In this document: positions 43,860 through 54,532 of the stretch, piece by piece
Layout of the letters: the number at the start of each line of letters is the position of its first letter
Numbering within the stretch: the first letter of the stretch is position 1
Origin: Candidatus Komeilibacteria bacterium
GTDB lineage: Bacteria > Patescibacteriota > Patescibacteriia > UBA1558
Assembly: GCA_048538275.1 (NCBI GenBank)
Contig: JBLYPW010000001.1
Span: forward strand, 431,928 to 487,038
Direction: 5' to 3'
DNA length: 55,111 nucleotides
The notes under the pieces: model-generated
What the model saw: the letters and a program-made list of their open reading frames with translations, nothing else
Database searches by the model: none
What the model was told of the DNA's origin: nothing
Program-made: the position numbers and the translations under genes

Positions 43860-45419
43860 TTAATCAACAAAAGGTAAATTACCGGGCGGTGTTGGAGTCA
43901 CCTCATCATCGGGCTTTTGCTTCGCTTGACCCTCCTGGGGCTGAGCACTGGCCTGATCCTCAGCTACTTGTTTGGCAAACTTTTTTTCAAAATAATCATT
44001 GGCAAAATCATATTGCTTTAACTCGTCCGGCAAATAATCAACTTTTCTGACCGGCTTATCGGTTGCCGGCTGAGGGCTGTCTTGGGCAGCTGGCTGTGAT
44101 GCGGGGGCGGGCAAATCTTGATCAAGCGGCAAGCTGGCTGGCGGCTCGGCTTTTTTAGCCTCAGTCCGTTTCAAAAGAGGCGCTTTGATAGTATAGGCCG
44201 GGAAATGATAAAGCGTAGCCAGCTCTTCAATATTCAAAACAAACTCCGGCATTCCTCGCCACGAGCTACGCGCTTTATACGCAGCCATAAATCTATTTTG
44301 TTTGGCAATGACTCGGCGTTTGGCAAAAAAATACTGAGCTTTAGTGGTTGCTTCTTTGGAGGGCTTCAAGGCATTAGCATTGAGCGTATTATATTGTTTA
44401 ATGGCGGCAAAAAAAGTACCCACGCGTTTTGCTTTTTGATAAGCCTCTTTATGAGCAACATAAGCTACTCTTATTTTACAATAAAAACCAAGTTTGGACA
44501 TCTTTCTTTCTACCGCATCAACTGTATGTCTTTGTCCGGGCGATAAATAAAGCATGCGCGAGGGCAAATCATCTTTTTTGTCTCCTGGCGAAGACGGACC
44601 CGTACCAAAAATAGCATGTAAAAAGTCCATAAAAAACTCACCAAAAAACTTAAATATACCGCCAAAAATACCGGGGCTGGGACTGGGCTCCTTGGCGCCA
44701 ATTAACTTATTTACCACTCTTTGCGCCTTGACTTTCCACTTGTCATCGGTAGGTTTGACAATAATTTGAAACCACATTTGCTCACCCCGACCGACTCTAG
44801 AAAACATCTCCAAAAGAGCCGCCAATGGATCTTTCAATTCTTGCGTCAAAGAATGCTCAAAGTCAATATAAGTGCGCAAAGGAAAAGCCTCGTCGGTAAC
44901 CGGTACCAACTCTGAAGCCCAAAAATTATAATTATCATCAGGATAATGATCGGGGATGCTGTCTACATAATCATTTACCTCGGTAATCTCCGCTTCTGGA
45001 TATTGTGCATAGATACCAGCCTCCACCATATCACGCGCATAATCAGGGGTACGTATTAAAAACTGAATATAGCCGTCTATAGAGACGATCTCTAAAGAAA
45101 AACATTGCTGATGGGCTCCTTCCCACCATTCTTCCCATTTGCTAAAAGGCGAATGAGCACCAGCCAAATTGGTCATAAAATGCTCTACTGCTTTAGGCGA
45201 TTGCTCATTATCACGTGGCACGTCAATGGCCAATAAAACAAAATTTACTGCCGCAGCATACTTTTCCTGACGATATTTAATCCACAAACTCCAAGTAAAA
45301 CTCAAAATTAAAAAAACAAAAAAGACCCATCCGCCATTTATAAAAAGCTGCCACATAATCTGTGGTACGGATAGATCTAATAAGTGTCTAAAAAAAGATA
45401 AATCAAAATAGATTTGCAT
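43860..45419 (-). CDS. membrane protein partner of the ATPase, with Pro/Ala/Gln-rich C-terminal tail
   Basis: 519 aa with an N-terminal TM helix. Its stop lies 3 nt before the ATPase start. No recognised domain. Confidence 0.5.
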   Translation of the reverse strand: MQIYFDLSFFRHLLDLSVPQIMWQLFINGGWVFFVFLILSFTWSLWIKYRQEKYAAAVNFVLLAIDVPRDNEQSPKAVEHFMTNLAGAHSPFSKWEEWWEGAHQQCFSLEIVSIDGYIQFLIRTPDYARDMVEAGIYAQYPEAEITEVNDYVDSIPDHYPDDNYNFWASELVPVTDEAFPLRTYIDFEHSLTQELKDPLAALLEMFSRVGRGEQMWFQIIVKPTDDKWKVKAQRVVNKLIGAKEPSPSPGIFGGIFKFFGEFFMDFLHAIFGTGPSSPGDKKDDLPSRMLYLSPGQRHTVDAVERKMSKLGFYCKIRVAYVAHKEAYQKAKRVGTFFAAIKQYNTLNANALKPSKEATTKAQYFFAKRRVIAKQNRFMAAYKARSSWRGMPEFVLNIEELATLYHFPAYTIKAPLLKRTEAKKAEPPASLPLDQDLPAPASQPAAQDSPQPATDKPVRKVDYLPDELKQYDFANDYFEKKFAKQVAEDQASAQPQEGQAKQKPDDEVTPTPPGNLPFVD

Positions 45420-45499
45420 GGGGTCAAATCTGACAAGTTAAGCGATTGATCAAGTCTATCAATCGCAAGGGGAAATAAATAACAAAGTACTGCTAATAT

Positions 45500-46645
45500 T
45501 TACTTCTTCTCAACTAAAGTATACTTGTTTCTACCTACTTTGGCAAAACGATCCTTATTCATTAAAGATAATTGGATGGTGCTTTTCTTTACGATTCTTT
45601 TAGCCAATACCCGTTTAATAATCTCTTCCTTGGTCAAAGGTTCATCAGCTTCTTGTAAAACTTCAGTAATAACATCGGCTACTACGCCAGGATGATAGCC
45701 CCACTCTTTGAGGGCATAGATGCCACGACCCACCAAAACATACTTGTCATCCAAAATCAGTTCATTGTGAATGGTGGCCGGATAAGCTTTCTTTTTGTCA
45801 AAACCGGCTGCGTTGATTTTTTCTGCTATCTCATTAAAATGCATTGGCTTACCTTCTTTTTTCATGACTAAATAAATCTTATCATTCATACGCTTGGGAG
45901 TAATAGAGCGCCAATCAACTAAGCCCCATTCATCAAAGGGATTGCTATCAATTTTCGTAGTCAAGTCCAAAATATTATCCAAGATACTATCATTGAGCAT
46001 GCCCTGCTCTTTGGCTTTCACGGCCCTTCTCTGCAAAGCATCCAACAGATAATGTCTAGCTAAAGGTTCTTTGTTTTCGTGTAAAATTTCAATCAAGTGG
46101 TCCACTAAATCCTCTACAATTTCCAACTCAGCGCTAGGTAATTTCCAGCTATCATGTAATTTACTATGTTTATTGATCTTTTCTAGTTTATGACCCAATA
46201 AATGAGTGATAATAAAATTAGTAGCGGTCCGACTGATTTGCTTAGCTCCACTATAACTTAAAATTTTATCAAAGAGATTGTCCTCACGCATCACACCGCC
46301 ATATTCTTCTAAAATACTGTTAATCAGGCTCTCCACCGGCTTGAGCTTTTCTTCAATCTCAGGATGACTCTTTATTTTACGAATTGAAGAATTTTCAATC
46401 TGTCTTATGCGTTCGCGGGTAACATTAAAAAGTCGTCCAATTTCTTCCAAGGTTTTGGCTTCGCCTTCTTCCAAACCATAGCGATGTACAATGACCTGCC
46501 GCTCCCGCTCATTAAGCTTGGAAAATAATAAATGTAGTATTGAGGTAGGATCAAAATTAGCAATATTTTCAGCTGTTTGCGATGACAATACCTTATCCAA
46601 AATAGAATCAGCGCTAGTAGCTGTAAAATCTTTATTTTCACTCAT
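45500..46645 (-). CDS. sigma-70 region 4-like HTH protein with C-terminal HARE-HTH-like domain
   Basis: [47 protein letters not shown] (region 4) near the N-terminus. No region 2 seen. C-terminal [10 protein letters not shown]...[17 protein letters not shown] at 46645 preferred over the TTG at 46663. Confidence 0.6.
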   Translation of the reverse strand: MSENKDFTATSADSILDKVLSSQTAENIANFDPTSILHLLFSKLNERERQVIVHRYGLEEGEAKTLEEIGRLFNVTRERIRQIENSSIRKIKSHPEIEEKLKPVESLINSILEEYGGVMREDNLFDKILSYSGAKQISRTATNFIITHLLGHKLEKINKHSKLHDSWKLPSAELEIVEDLVDHLIEILHENKEPLARHYLLDALQRRAVKAKEQGMLNDSILDNILDLTTKIDSNPFDEWGLVDWRSITPKRMNDKIYLVMKKEGKPMHFNEIAEKINAAGFDKKKAYPATIHNELILDDKYVLVGRGIYALKEWGYHPGVVADVITEVLQEADEPLTKEEIIKRVLAKRIVKKSTIQLSLMNKDRFAKVGRNKYTLVEKK

Positions 46646-46900
46646 ATTTTTATAATAATGCAATTAAATACCGTTCAAGCACAACGGTGTAGCATAGGTT
46701 GACCGTTGAAAAATATAGCATAATTATTGCTATACGTCAACCTAAAGCATTATTATACTAACATATATGAAAAATTATGTCAAGAGCATGTGGCTGTAAA
46801 ATATTAACGGTGGCGCAAAACTAAAAAGTAGTGGTAAAATTAGCTAAGAAAATGAGTTTTCCAACTCAGCTAAAGAATAACCACTACTTTCTGCAGCGAT

Positions 46901-46930
46901 TAACCTTGAAGGTCTAGACCTTCAAGGTTA
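46901..46930. repeat. 30-bp perfect palindrome downstream of secF
   Basis: TAACCTTGAAGGTCT|AGACCTTCAAGGTTA, 12 nt after the secF stop. No U-tract. Possibly a terminator or a binding site. Confidence 0.85.
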
Positions 46931-46942
46931 AAATTATTAAAA

Positions 46943-47869
46943 TTATGGCTGTTTTTTCCACCCCTTATACCACACCAATAATAATGGGCTGGCCAAGAAA
47001 ATTGAAGAATAAGTACCAATCACAATACCAAATAGCAAGGCTAGAATAAAGTGCTGAATAGAGGCGCCACCAAAGAGATAAACCGCCAATAATACTATCA
47101 TTGTCGTCAATGAAGTATTTAGAGAACGCACCAAAGTCTCATTTATACTATTATTAACAATATCCGAGAAAGTCTGGTTTTGATGACGAAACAAATTCTC
47201 ACGGGTACGATCAAAAGTAACAATGGTGTCATGTACGGAAAATCCCATTATAGTCAATAAAGCGGTAACAAATAATGAATCAATCTGATAACCCAAATAA
47301 TGACCTAAAATGCTAAAAAGACCAATAGTAATAAAAATATCATGCGCCAAAGCAATGATTGCGGAAATGCCATATTTCCAGGAAGCGACCGGATAAGATA
47401 CCTTGCGAAAAGCAAAGGCAATATAAGCCACAATCGCTAATAAAACCCAAATGATAGCGCTCAAGGCTTTAGACTTCAGCTCCGCTCCAATGGTCGGGCC
47501 AATTGATTCAAAACGCTCTTCCTGAATTTGACTGATGATATTGCCATCCTCATCAACTTGATGAAAGTTTTCTTCTAAAGTCTGCAAAACCGCTTGGTGT
47601 TGTTCCTCAGTCAATGACTCTAATCTAATCAATACTAAATTATCAGTGCTGGGCTGCACCTGTACGCCATTATAGCCGGCAGTCGTCAAAGTCTGCGCAA
47701 TATTCTCATTACTGATAGCATTGTCATCGATGGACACTTCCATTAAACTCCCGCCCGTAAAATCTATGCCCCAGTTTAAACCCCATTGCCACAAAGCAAT
47801 AAAACTTATAATGACAAGTATGACTGATATGCCAAACCAATATTTTCTTTTGCCAATAATATTAAACAT
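46943..47869 (-). CDS. secF: protein translocase subunit SecF
   Basis: 308 aa. GIDFTGGSL motif and six TM helices. Overlaps the secD stop by 8 nt. Confidence 0.9.
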   Translation of the reverse strand: MFNIIGKRKYWFGISVILVIISFIALWQWGLNWGIDFTGGSLMEVSIDDNAISNENIAQTLTTAGYNGVQVQPSTDNLVLIRLESLTEEQHQAVLQTLEENFHQVDEDGNIISQIQEERFESIGPTIGAELKSKALSAIIWVLLAIVAYIAFAFRKVSYPVASWKYGISAIIALAHDIFITIGLFSILGHYLGYQIDSLFVTALLTIMGFSVHDTIVTFDRTRENLFRHQNQTFSDIVNNSINETLVRSLNTSLTTMIVLLAVYLFGGASIQHFILALLFGIVIGTYSSIFLASPLLLVWYKGWKKQP

Positions 47870-49559
47870 TTTCTTTTATTTTCTTACTTACATTAAATAA
47901 CCAAAGATGGCGAGTCAATCCCCGCTTCACTAATAATCGCATCAAAGTACGAGTAACGGTGATAGCGGAAAACATTGACACTAAAATACCAATACCCAAG
48001 GTAATGGCAAAACCCTTGATAATGCTGGTACCAAACCAAATTAAAATCAAACAGGTAATCAAACTGGATATATTAGAATCACGAATAGGCGCCCAAGCCC
48101 GCTTAAATCCTTCTTCTACAGCCGTTCCCATTGGCTTGCCCCAGCGTAATTCTTCACGCATACGCTCAAAAATAAGAACATTGGCATCAACCGCCATACC
48201 AACAGATAATATAAATCCAGCGATACCGGCCAATGTCAAAGTAATAGGAATAAGCTCAAATATCGCTAAAGCAATAATAGTATAAATAACTAATGCTAGT
48301 ACCGCTAAAATACCGGGCAAGCGATAAAAGACCAACATAAATATGCCCACCAATAACAAACCCAATAAACCGGCTAATAAGCTTTGTTGTAAAGAAATTT
48401 TACCCAGTGAAGGACCAATGGTCTGCTGGCTAATTAATTCAATCGGCACGGGCAAGGCGCCGGCATTTAAACGTTGGGTCAATAATTTTGCCTCCGGTAA
48501 TTGGAAATTGCCTTGAATCACAGCCTCCCCTTGGGTAATTTCTTCATTTACCAGCGGCACGGAAATGGGCTGACCATCCAAAAATATAGCAATCGGTTTG
48601 CCGACATTGTCTCGCGTTAGCTGCGCGAAAAGTTCTTTACCAGCGTCGTCAAATTTTAAGCTCACTTCTGGCTGGCTGGTTTGCGGATCAAAAACAACGG
48701 CTGCGGACTGTAAATTTTTACCGGTCAAATCAGTATTCAACCATTGTTCTGGTAGAGGAACTATATCACTAGGTCGTTGCGTCTTTATCAATATATGACG
48801 AGCCTGCACCTCGGCTTGATCGCCCTCCCCCCGACTAGCTTCTCGGAAAATAATATGATAACCAAAATCACTTTCAACCGCTACTTTAGTATATTCGCCA
48901 TCCTCTAGATTATCCCATAGAGCCGTTTCAAATTCGGGCACATAAGATCCTTTTTTTGCCCAACCCAATTCGCCACCCTGGCTAGCACTACCGGGATCAT
49001 CAGAATTCGCTTGAGCTAACTCAGCAAAATCAGCTCCCTGGTCTAATTGTTGAATTAAACTCTCCGCCTTTTCTTGGGCGGCTGTATTAAAATCATCCAA
49101 TTGTTTTTGTTGCTCTGCCGTTAGTGGCGGTGGCTGTGAATAAGCCGGATTCTCAGTTTTAAACTCCAGTAATGGGGTTTCTCCAATTTGCTTAATGGCT
49201 TCATTTACATCAAAAACCCCGGCCAATTCAACTATTAAACGATCATGGCTACTGGTCTGTACCAATGGTTCGGCCACACCAAAAGCATTGACACGCCGTT
49301 CAATAACATCGCGAACACCTTCTAAAGCTGAGCCGGCGTCGCTATTACTGACCTGACTCAAATCCGCTTGATAAACCAGATGCGCACCACCTTGCAAATC
49401 CAAACCCAATTTTGGTGTAAATTTATTAAACCAAGCAGCCAGCGGTGCTTGGTCCGGATATTGTGGATAAATAATACCAATAGCAAATATTAACAAAATA
49501 AAAATGCCGACCATTGTCAGCCAGACTTTTTTTCTGGAAAAACCTTTATTTTCACGCAT
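47862..49559 (-). CDS. secD: protein translocase subunit SecD with inserted parvulin-like (PpiC) segment
   Basis: LGLDLQGGAH, RVNAFGVAEPLVQ, IGPSLG and a C-terminal 6-TM SecD core. Residues ~135-262 contain GADFAELAQANSDDPGSASQGGELGW...FGYHII. Confidence 0.85.
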   Translation of the reverse strand: MRENKGFSRKKVWLTMVGIFILLIFAIGIIYPQYPDQAPLAAWFNKFTPKLGLDLQGGAHLVYQADLSQVSNSDAGSALEGVRDVIERRVNAFGVAEPLVQTSSHDRLIVELAGVFDVNEAIKQIGETPLLEFKTENPAYSQPPPLTAEQQKQLDDFNTAAQEKAESLIQQLDQGADFAELAQANSDDPGSASQGGELGWAKKGSYVPEFETALWDNLEDGEYTKVAVESDFGYHIIFREASRGEGDQAEVQARHILIKTQRPSDIVPLPEQWLNTDLTGKNLQSAAVVFDPQTSQPEVSLKFDDAGKELFAQLTRDNVGKPIAIFLDGQPISVPLVNEEITQGEAVIQGNFQLPEAKLLTQRLNAGALPVPIELISQQTIGPSLGKISLQQSLLAGLLGLLLVGIFMLVFYRLPGILAVLALVIYTIIALAIFELIPITLTLAGIAGFILSVGMAVDANVLIFERMREELRWGKPMGTAVEEGFKRAWAPIRDSNISSLITCLILIWFGTSIIKGFAITLGIGILVSMFSAITVTRTLMRLLVKRGLTRHLWLFNVSKKIKENV

Positions 49560-49631
49560 AATATATCAACAAAATAGTGTTACTTTCTAAAACATCAATA
49601 ATCTTAGCATTTTTTATCGGGCGATGCAAGG

Positions 49632-50789
49632 CTATTGAACGGATCTCAACCATTGGCCCACCTTAGTATAAATTTGTTTGGTTTGCTGAGCTAATTTATT
49701 CCAATCAAATCGCTGAGTATTTTTATAACCAGCCTGTTTTAATTTATCACGCAAATCCTCATTACTGATGACTTTAGCCATCTTGGCAGCAATATCATTG
49801 ATATCAAAAGGATCAAAATAAACAGCTGACTCTGCCAACACCTCAGGCAAGGATGAATTGTTGGCAGCCAATACGGGAATACCATAGCTTTGCGCTTCTA
49901 TGGCCGGCAAACCAAACCCTTCCAAATAAGATGGAAAAATATACGCTAAACTGAACTGATAAAATATAGGCAATTCTTTATCATAAATATAGCCAGTAAA
50001 TACAACATTGCGATCCAGTTGTTGCTCACGACTCTCATCTTGTAAAGTTTGATAAAACCAATCACGCTGACCCACTAAAACCAACTGATAAGCATCTTTA
50101 AGCTCGGGTTGGAGTAATTTCCAAGCCTGCAATAAACGATATAAATTTTTATGAGGATAGGCCGCCCCAACATATAATATATAAGGGCGATCTATACCAT
50201 AATGAGATAAGTCAACCGGCTGACTAATTTGATGATCTACTGCAAAACCCAGATGAGTGACTGATATTTTATGCATTACCTGCGGATAATATCTTTCAAT
50301 ATCCTGCTTGGTAAAATGAGAAACGGTAATAATGCTAGATGACTTTATAATAGCGTGCCTTAACACAAAACGATAAGCTTGCAATTTTAACCAATACAAC
50401 CAAGCCGGCAAAGTAGTAGCCCGACTATCAGGATAATGCGACATAATCAAATCATGAATAGTAACAATGAAAGAACCGCGATAAAGCAAAGGCACATTAA
50501 AATGTGGCCAATGCATTATATCCAAACGCAAACGCCACAATAATAGTGGTAAAAAAATTTGCTCTCGCCAACTATACCAATGAGATTTTACCAAAATTTT
50601 GACAAAATTTTTATTCTTAGTTTGAAAATCATCCCAGTTATGCGGTCCTAATAAAATATAATACTCATTATAAGTATCAAGTTGAGCCAAATGATCCACC
50701 AACTGCTGAACATAACGCCCCAGTCCACGAGAACGGGGTCCGTACATGCGAGCGTCAATACCAATTTTCAACGGTTTATTTTTGCTCAT
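49632..50789 (-). CDS. glycosyltransferase family 4
   Basis: MSKNKPLKIGIDARMYGP start at 50789 (the track ORF extends to 50864). C-terminal EGFGLPAIEAQSYGIPVLAAN. Confidence 0.8.
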   Translation of the reverse strand: MSKNKPLKIGIDARMYGPRSRGLGRYVQQLVDHLAQLDTYNEYYILLGPHNWDDFQTKNKNFVKILVKSHWYSWREQIFLPLLLWRLRLDIMHWPHFNVPLLYRGSFIVTIHDLIMSHYPDSRATTLPAWLYWLKLQAYRFVLRHAIIKSSSIITVSHFTKQDIERYYPQVMHKISVTHLGFAVDHQISQPVDLSHYGIDRPYILYVGAAYPHKNLYRLLQAWKLLQPELKDAYQLVLVGQRDWFYQTLQDESREQQLDRNVVFTGYIYDKELPIFYQFSLAYIFPSYLEGFGLPAIEAQSYGIPVLAANNSSLPEVLAESAVYFDPFDINDIAAKMAKVISNEDLRDKLKQAGYKNTQRFDWNKLAQQTKQIYTKVGQWLRSVQ

Positions 50790-51882
50790 GTAATAATCTA
50801 GAAAATAATTCATTATATTGATCCACCGCTCTTTGCCAACTAAAATAGCTGGCAATTTTATCAATTTCAGCGGGACTGGGGCCGACTACTTTATTTTCTT
50901 CCACCAAAAGCATTGCGGCGGCTAATTCATTGATATTATAAGGATTGATCATAATAGCATGATTACCAACAATCTCCCCTATAGAACTGCCATTACTGGT
51001 AATTACCGGTCGTCCCAACAATAATGCTTCCAAGGGAGGATAACCAAATCCTTCATAAAAGCTAGGCCACAATAAAGCACTGCTGTTTGCTAATAAACTA
51101 TACTTGGTATGCTCATCCACCGCTGTCCGCAATTGCAAAGCGCCTTGGCTGTCTACGGCTTGTTGATGCAACCATTTGGCTAAACCACCCCAACCGGGCA
51201 CGCCAATCAAAACCAGAGACTGTTGAGTTTGTCGTTGCCGTCGTAATCTTTGCCAGGCCAATACAATACTAACAATATTTTTGCGAGGTTCCCAAGTAGC
51301 CACGAAAACAAAATATTTATCAGGCGCGTCTTTACTGGGAGCCCATTTTTTTTGATAATCAAACTCAAGACCAGAGTGTATAACAGATATTTTTTCATCC
51401 GGCACTGATAATAAATCTATCAGATCACGCTTAGTGCTTTGTGAAACCGCAACCAAGTGACTGGCTTTATGTAATAATCTGGAAAAATTTAATAAATAAT
51501 GCCAAGCGCGACGACGCCAATTATACCAATGTGGATTTATCAGCCAAGAAAGATCGTGAATGGTAAGCACCGCCGGAATATCTTTTGCCCAACTAGTAAA
51601 ATTGTGGCTGGGTAACCAGAGCAAATCTGGCCGCACAGTGCCGTGAATATAGGGCCTAGCAAACACGCGAGTAGACATATTAAACGCTTTACTAGGCATA
51701 TAATTCTGCTCTATGGTACCGTGTTCCGCATACCAAGAGGGTAGATTAACCGGACTAGACTGATTTAAGAAAAAAAATAAATCATTGGCTGGCGCCAAAA
51801 AATGAGTTAGCTGATCGGTATAATAGCCAATACCTGACCAGGGTTGGGATTGTAATGACCGCAGGTCAATACCTAAACGCAT
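50776..51882 (-). CDS. glycosyltransferase family 4
   Basis: MRLGIDLRSL start. C-terminal EGFGYPPLEALLLGRPVITSN. Confidence 0.8.
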   Translation of the reverse strand: MRLGIDLRSLQSQPWSGIGYYTDQLTHFLAPANDLFFFLNQSSPVNLPSWYAEHGTIEQNYMPSKAFNMSTRVFARPYIHGTVRPDLLWLPSHNFTSWAKDIPAVLTIHDLSWLINPHWYNWRRRAWHYLLNFSRLLHKASHLVAVSQSTKRDLIDLLSVPDEKISVIHSGLEFDYQKKWAPSKDAPDKYFVFVATWEPRKNIVSIVLAWQRLRRQRQTQQSLVLIGVPGWGGLAKWLHQQAVDSQGALQLRTAVDEHTKYSLLANSSALLWPSFYEGFGYPPLEALLLGRPVITSNGSSIGEIVGNHAIMINPYNINELAAAMLLVEENKVVGPSPAEIDKIASYFSWQRAVDQYNELFSRLLHEQK

Positions 51883-52017
51883 AAATCAAATAGATATAGT
51901 ATAAAAAAACCAGCCCAAGCCCACACCGGCCAATGAAGCAATTAATAACTCTATCACTAAAACCAGCATCTTGTTTTTCATATAATATCAATATAAAAAA
52001 TTAATAATTGATATAAA

Positions 52018-53124
52018 TTAGATCTTATTTACTTGATTAAAATCTTGCCAAGCTTGAGCAATAAAATCGTTTATTTCCTGACGAAAACGCTCGGGCGAGT
52101 ATTTTAATGCGCTAGCTCTTATCAATTGTGGGTCATAATCTCGGCTATCAAACTGTAAAATTTTATGAGTCAAGCACTCCCAAGATTGTTCTTGAAAAAA
52201 AGTACCCGATACCCCCTCTACTACCGTTTCCAAGGCTCCGCCACCGGCAAAAGCAATAACCGGCCGACCAGCAGCCATCGCTTCCACGGCAGCAATGCCA
52301 AAATCCTCAACCTGCGGATGAATAAAAGCAATTGCTTTTTGTAAATATTTTATTTTATCCGCCTCTGATATTGCACCTAAAAATCTAATATTTGATTTTG
52401 CTAATTGTCGCAAACGAGCGCTTTCTTCCCCATCACCAATGACTAATAGAGGTAAGCCCAATTCATTAAACGCCCGAATCGCCAAATCAACTTTTTTATA
52501 AGGTCGTAAACGAGAAATGATAATATAATAATCCCCAATGGTAGGGCTGATCCGATACTGCTCCGTCGGCACTGGCGGATAAATAACCTGAGCCGGCCGA
52601 TTATAATATTTACGAATTCGTCGGGCCACAAAATCTGAATTTGCAATAAAACGATCCACTCGCTGGGCAGCAAATAAATCCCACATCCGCAGCCGATGCA
52701 AGATTAGAGGTAAAATTTTTTTTATCAAACGCGGCTGATTGAGCTCTTCTACATAAGAGTGAGCATCGCTCCAAAGATAACGAGTGGGGGTATGACAATA
52801 ACTTATATGTAAAGCATGGGGAGGAGTAATCAATCCTTTAGCCAGCGCCGAAGTAGATGACAATACTATATCATAATCAGAGAAATCAAATTGCTCCCAA
52901 ACAATCGGCATCAAAGATAAAAAATACTTGAGATGATTTTTAGCTCCCGGAATTCTTTGTAAAATTGATGTCCGAATATCCATATTGGCAAACCAATTGT
53001 CATCCAACAAAGAATAAACCAGAGTATAAAGTGGCGCATCCGGAAATAAACGGTGAAATTCCGCTACTACCCGTTCGGCGCCGCCCAATTGGAACAAATG
53101 ATCATGTGCTAAAGCCACTTTCAT
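52018..53124 (-). CDS. glycosyltransferase family 4
   Basis: MKVALAHDHLFQLGGAERV start. C-terminal EDFGIAAVEAMAAGRPVIAF. Confidence 0.8.
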   Translation of the reverse strand: MKVALAHDHLFQLGGAERVVAEFHRLFPDAPLYTLVYSLLDDNWFANMDIRTSILQRIPGAKNHLKYFLSLMPIVWEQFDFSDYDIVLSSTSALAKGLITPPHALHISYCHTPTRYLWSDAHSYVEELNQPRLIKKILPLILHRLRMWDLFAAQRVDRFIANSDFVARRIRKYYNRPAQVIYPPVPTEQYRISPTIGDYYIIISRLRPYKKVDLAIRAFNELGLPLLVIGDGEESARLRQLAKSNIRFLGAISEADKIKYLQKAIAFIHPQVEDFGIAAVEAMAAGRPVIAFAGGGALETVVEGVSGTFFQEQSWECLTHKILQFDSRDYDPQLIRASALKYSPERFRQEINDFIAQAWQDFNQVNKI

Positions 53125-53125
53125 A

Positions 53126-54514
53126 TTAAGATACTCCCTGCCTCCGGAACACCACCCATATTGTTTTCACCAAAATCTGCAAATCAAGCCACCAACTCCA
53201 GTTTTCTATATAATAAGTATCCAATCTTACCTCCTCCTCAAATAATAAATTTGATCTACCGGACACTTGTGCCATGCCGGTAACGCCCGGTTTTATGGTT
53301 AATAATTTTCTTTGATTATGCTGATAACGAGCCACTTCTTCCGGTTCATGCGGCCGTGGCCCCACTAAGCTCATATCACCCCGCAAAACATTAAAAAACT
53401 GAGGCAGCTCATCTATGCTCCAGGCTCGCAACCACCTGCCCAGTCGCGTTACTCGGGGATCATGCTTCATCTTAAATAATGGCCCGTCTCCCCTTTCATT
53501 CATAGTCACTATTTGTTCTTTTAATTTATCAGCCTTATCCACCATAGAACGATATTTATATAAATAAAATTGACGACCAGCTTGCCCGACTCTAGGCAAG
53601 CGCACGAAAATAGGTCCCCGACTATCTAATTTAATCAATAAACCAATAAATAAAGTTATGGGAATTAATACAATACAACCAAAAAAGGATAAAATAATAT
53701 CATAAATGCGTTTAATAATCCTACCCCAACCCTGCAATCTGGTATGATTAATCTCAATAACGGGCAAACCGCCGATCGTGCCGACAGAAAAATTAATCAA
53801 TTTTGTTTCCAAAAGAGAAGCGATATATTTAAAACCAAGCTGGTTCTGCTGACAATAACCAAATAATAAATCTTTTTGACTGGCCGGCAAATTAGCATCC
53901 GCCCAAATAACCTCATCAATGATCAACTTATTGCGTAAACGATCAAAATATTGCATTTCTTTTTCTGTAAATTGAGACATCAGCTCTATCACGCGAAATC
54001 CCATAGCCGGATGCCTTTTCAACTCCGCTATCAAATTAAAAGTATTATTATCCTGGCCGATGACTACGACACGTCTTGCTCCATAACCATGTCTATAAAA
54101 AACTTTTTTCAACAAATAGAAAATAATGCGCCCTATGGAAACTAAAATAATAGATAAAATCCAGAAAGCCAATATAATAAAACGCGAAGAAAATAACTGG
54201 CTATTTACAAAAAAAGCCAAAATAATAATCAAAGTAGCGGTAGAAGATGCCAACCAAACTTGTTTTAACTCATACCACAAACTACGTCTTTGAAAAGAAT
54301 AAAGTCCTGACAAAGAAAAAACAACTAGCCATCCCAACAAAATCAGGTAAACTAGTTGCATATAATCAGACCAAGGCAAAGAAAATATTACCGGTCTCAA
54401 TTCTGTTATAAATGATTGAAAACGTAATTGATAGCTCAATATAGCCGCCGCCAACAAAAGCAAATAATCAATGGGTACCAAGGCGGCATTAAAAACTAAT
54501 TCAAACTTCTTCAT
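53126..54514 (-). CDS. polyprenyl-phosphate glycosyl-1-phosphate transferase (WbaP/EpsB-type sugar transferase)
   Basis: 462 aa with N-terminal TM helices. C-terminal bacterial sugar transferase domain (KRIYDIILSF, GPIFVRLPRVGQAGRQFYLYKYRSM, DELPQFFNVLRGDMSLVGPRP). Confidence 0.85.
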   Translation of the reverse strand: MKKFELVFNAALVPIDYLLLLAAAILSYQLRFQSFITELRPVIFSLPWSDYMQLVYLILLGWLVVFSLSGLYSFQRRSLWYELKQVWLASSTATLIIILAFFVNSQLFSSRFIILAFWILSIILVSIGRIIFYLLKKVFYRHGYGARRVVVIGQDNNTFNLIAELKRHPAMGFRVIELMSQFTEKEMQYFDRLRNKLIIDEVIWADANLPASQKDLLFGYCQQNQLGFKYIASLLETKLINFSVGTIGGLPVIEINHTRLQGWGRIIKRIYDIILSFFGCIVLIPITLFIGLLIKLDSRGPIFVRLPRVGQAGRQFYLYKYRSMVDKADKLKEQIVTMNERGDGPLFKMKHDPRVTRLGRWLRAWSIDELPQFFNVLRGDMSLVGPRPHEPEEVARYQHNQRKLLTIKPGVTGMAQVSGRSNLLFEEEVRLDTYYIENWSWWLDLQILVKTIWVVFRRQGVS

Positions 54515-54532
54515 AAAGCATTTCCATAAAAA

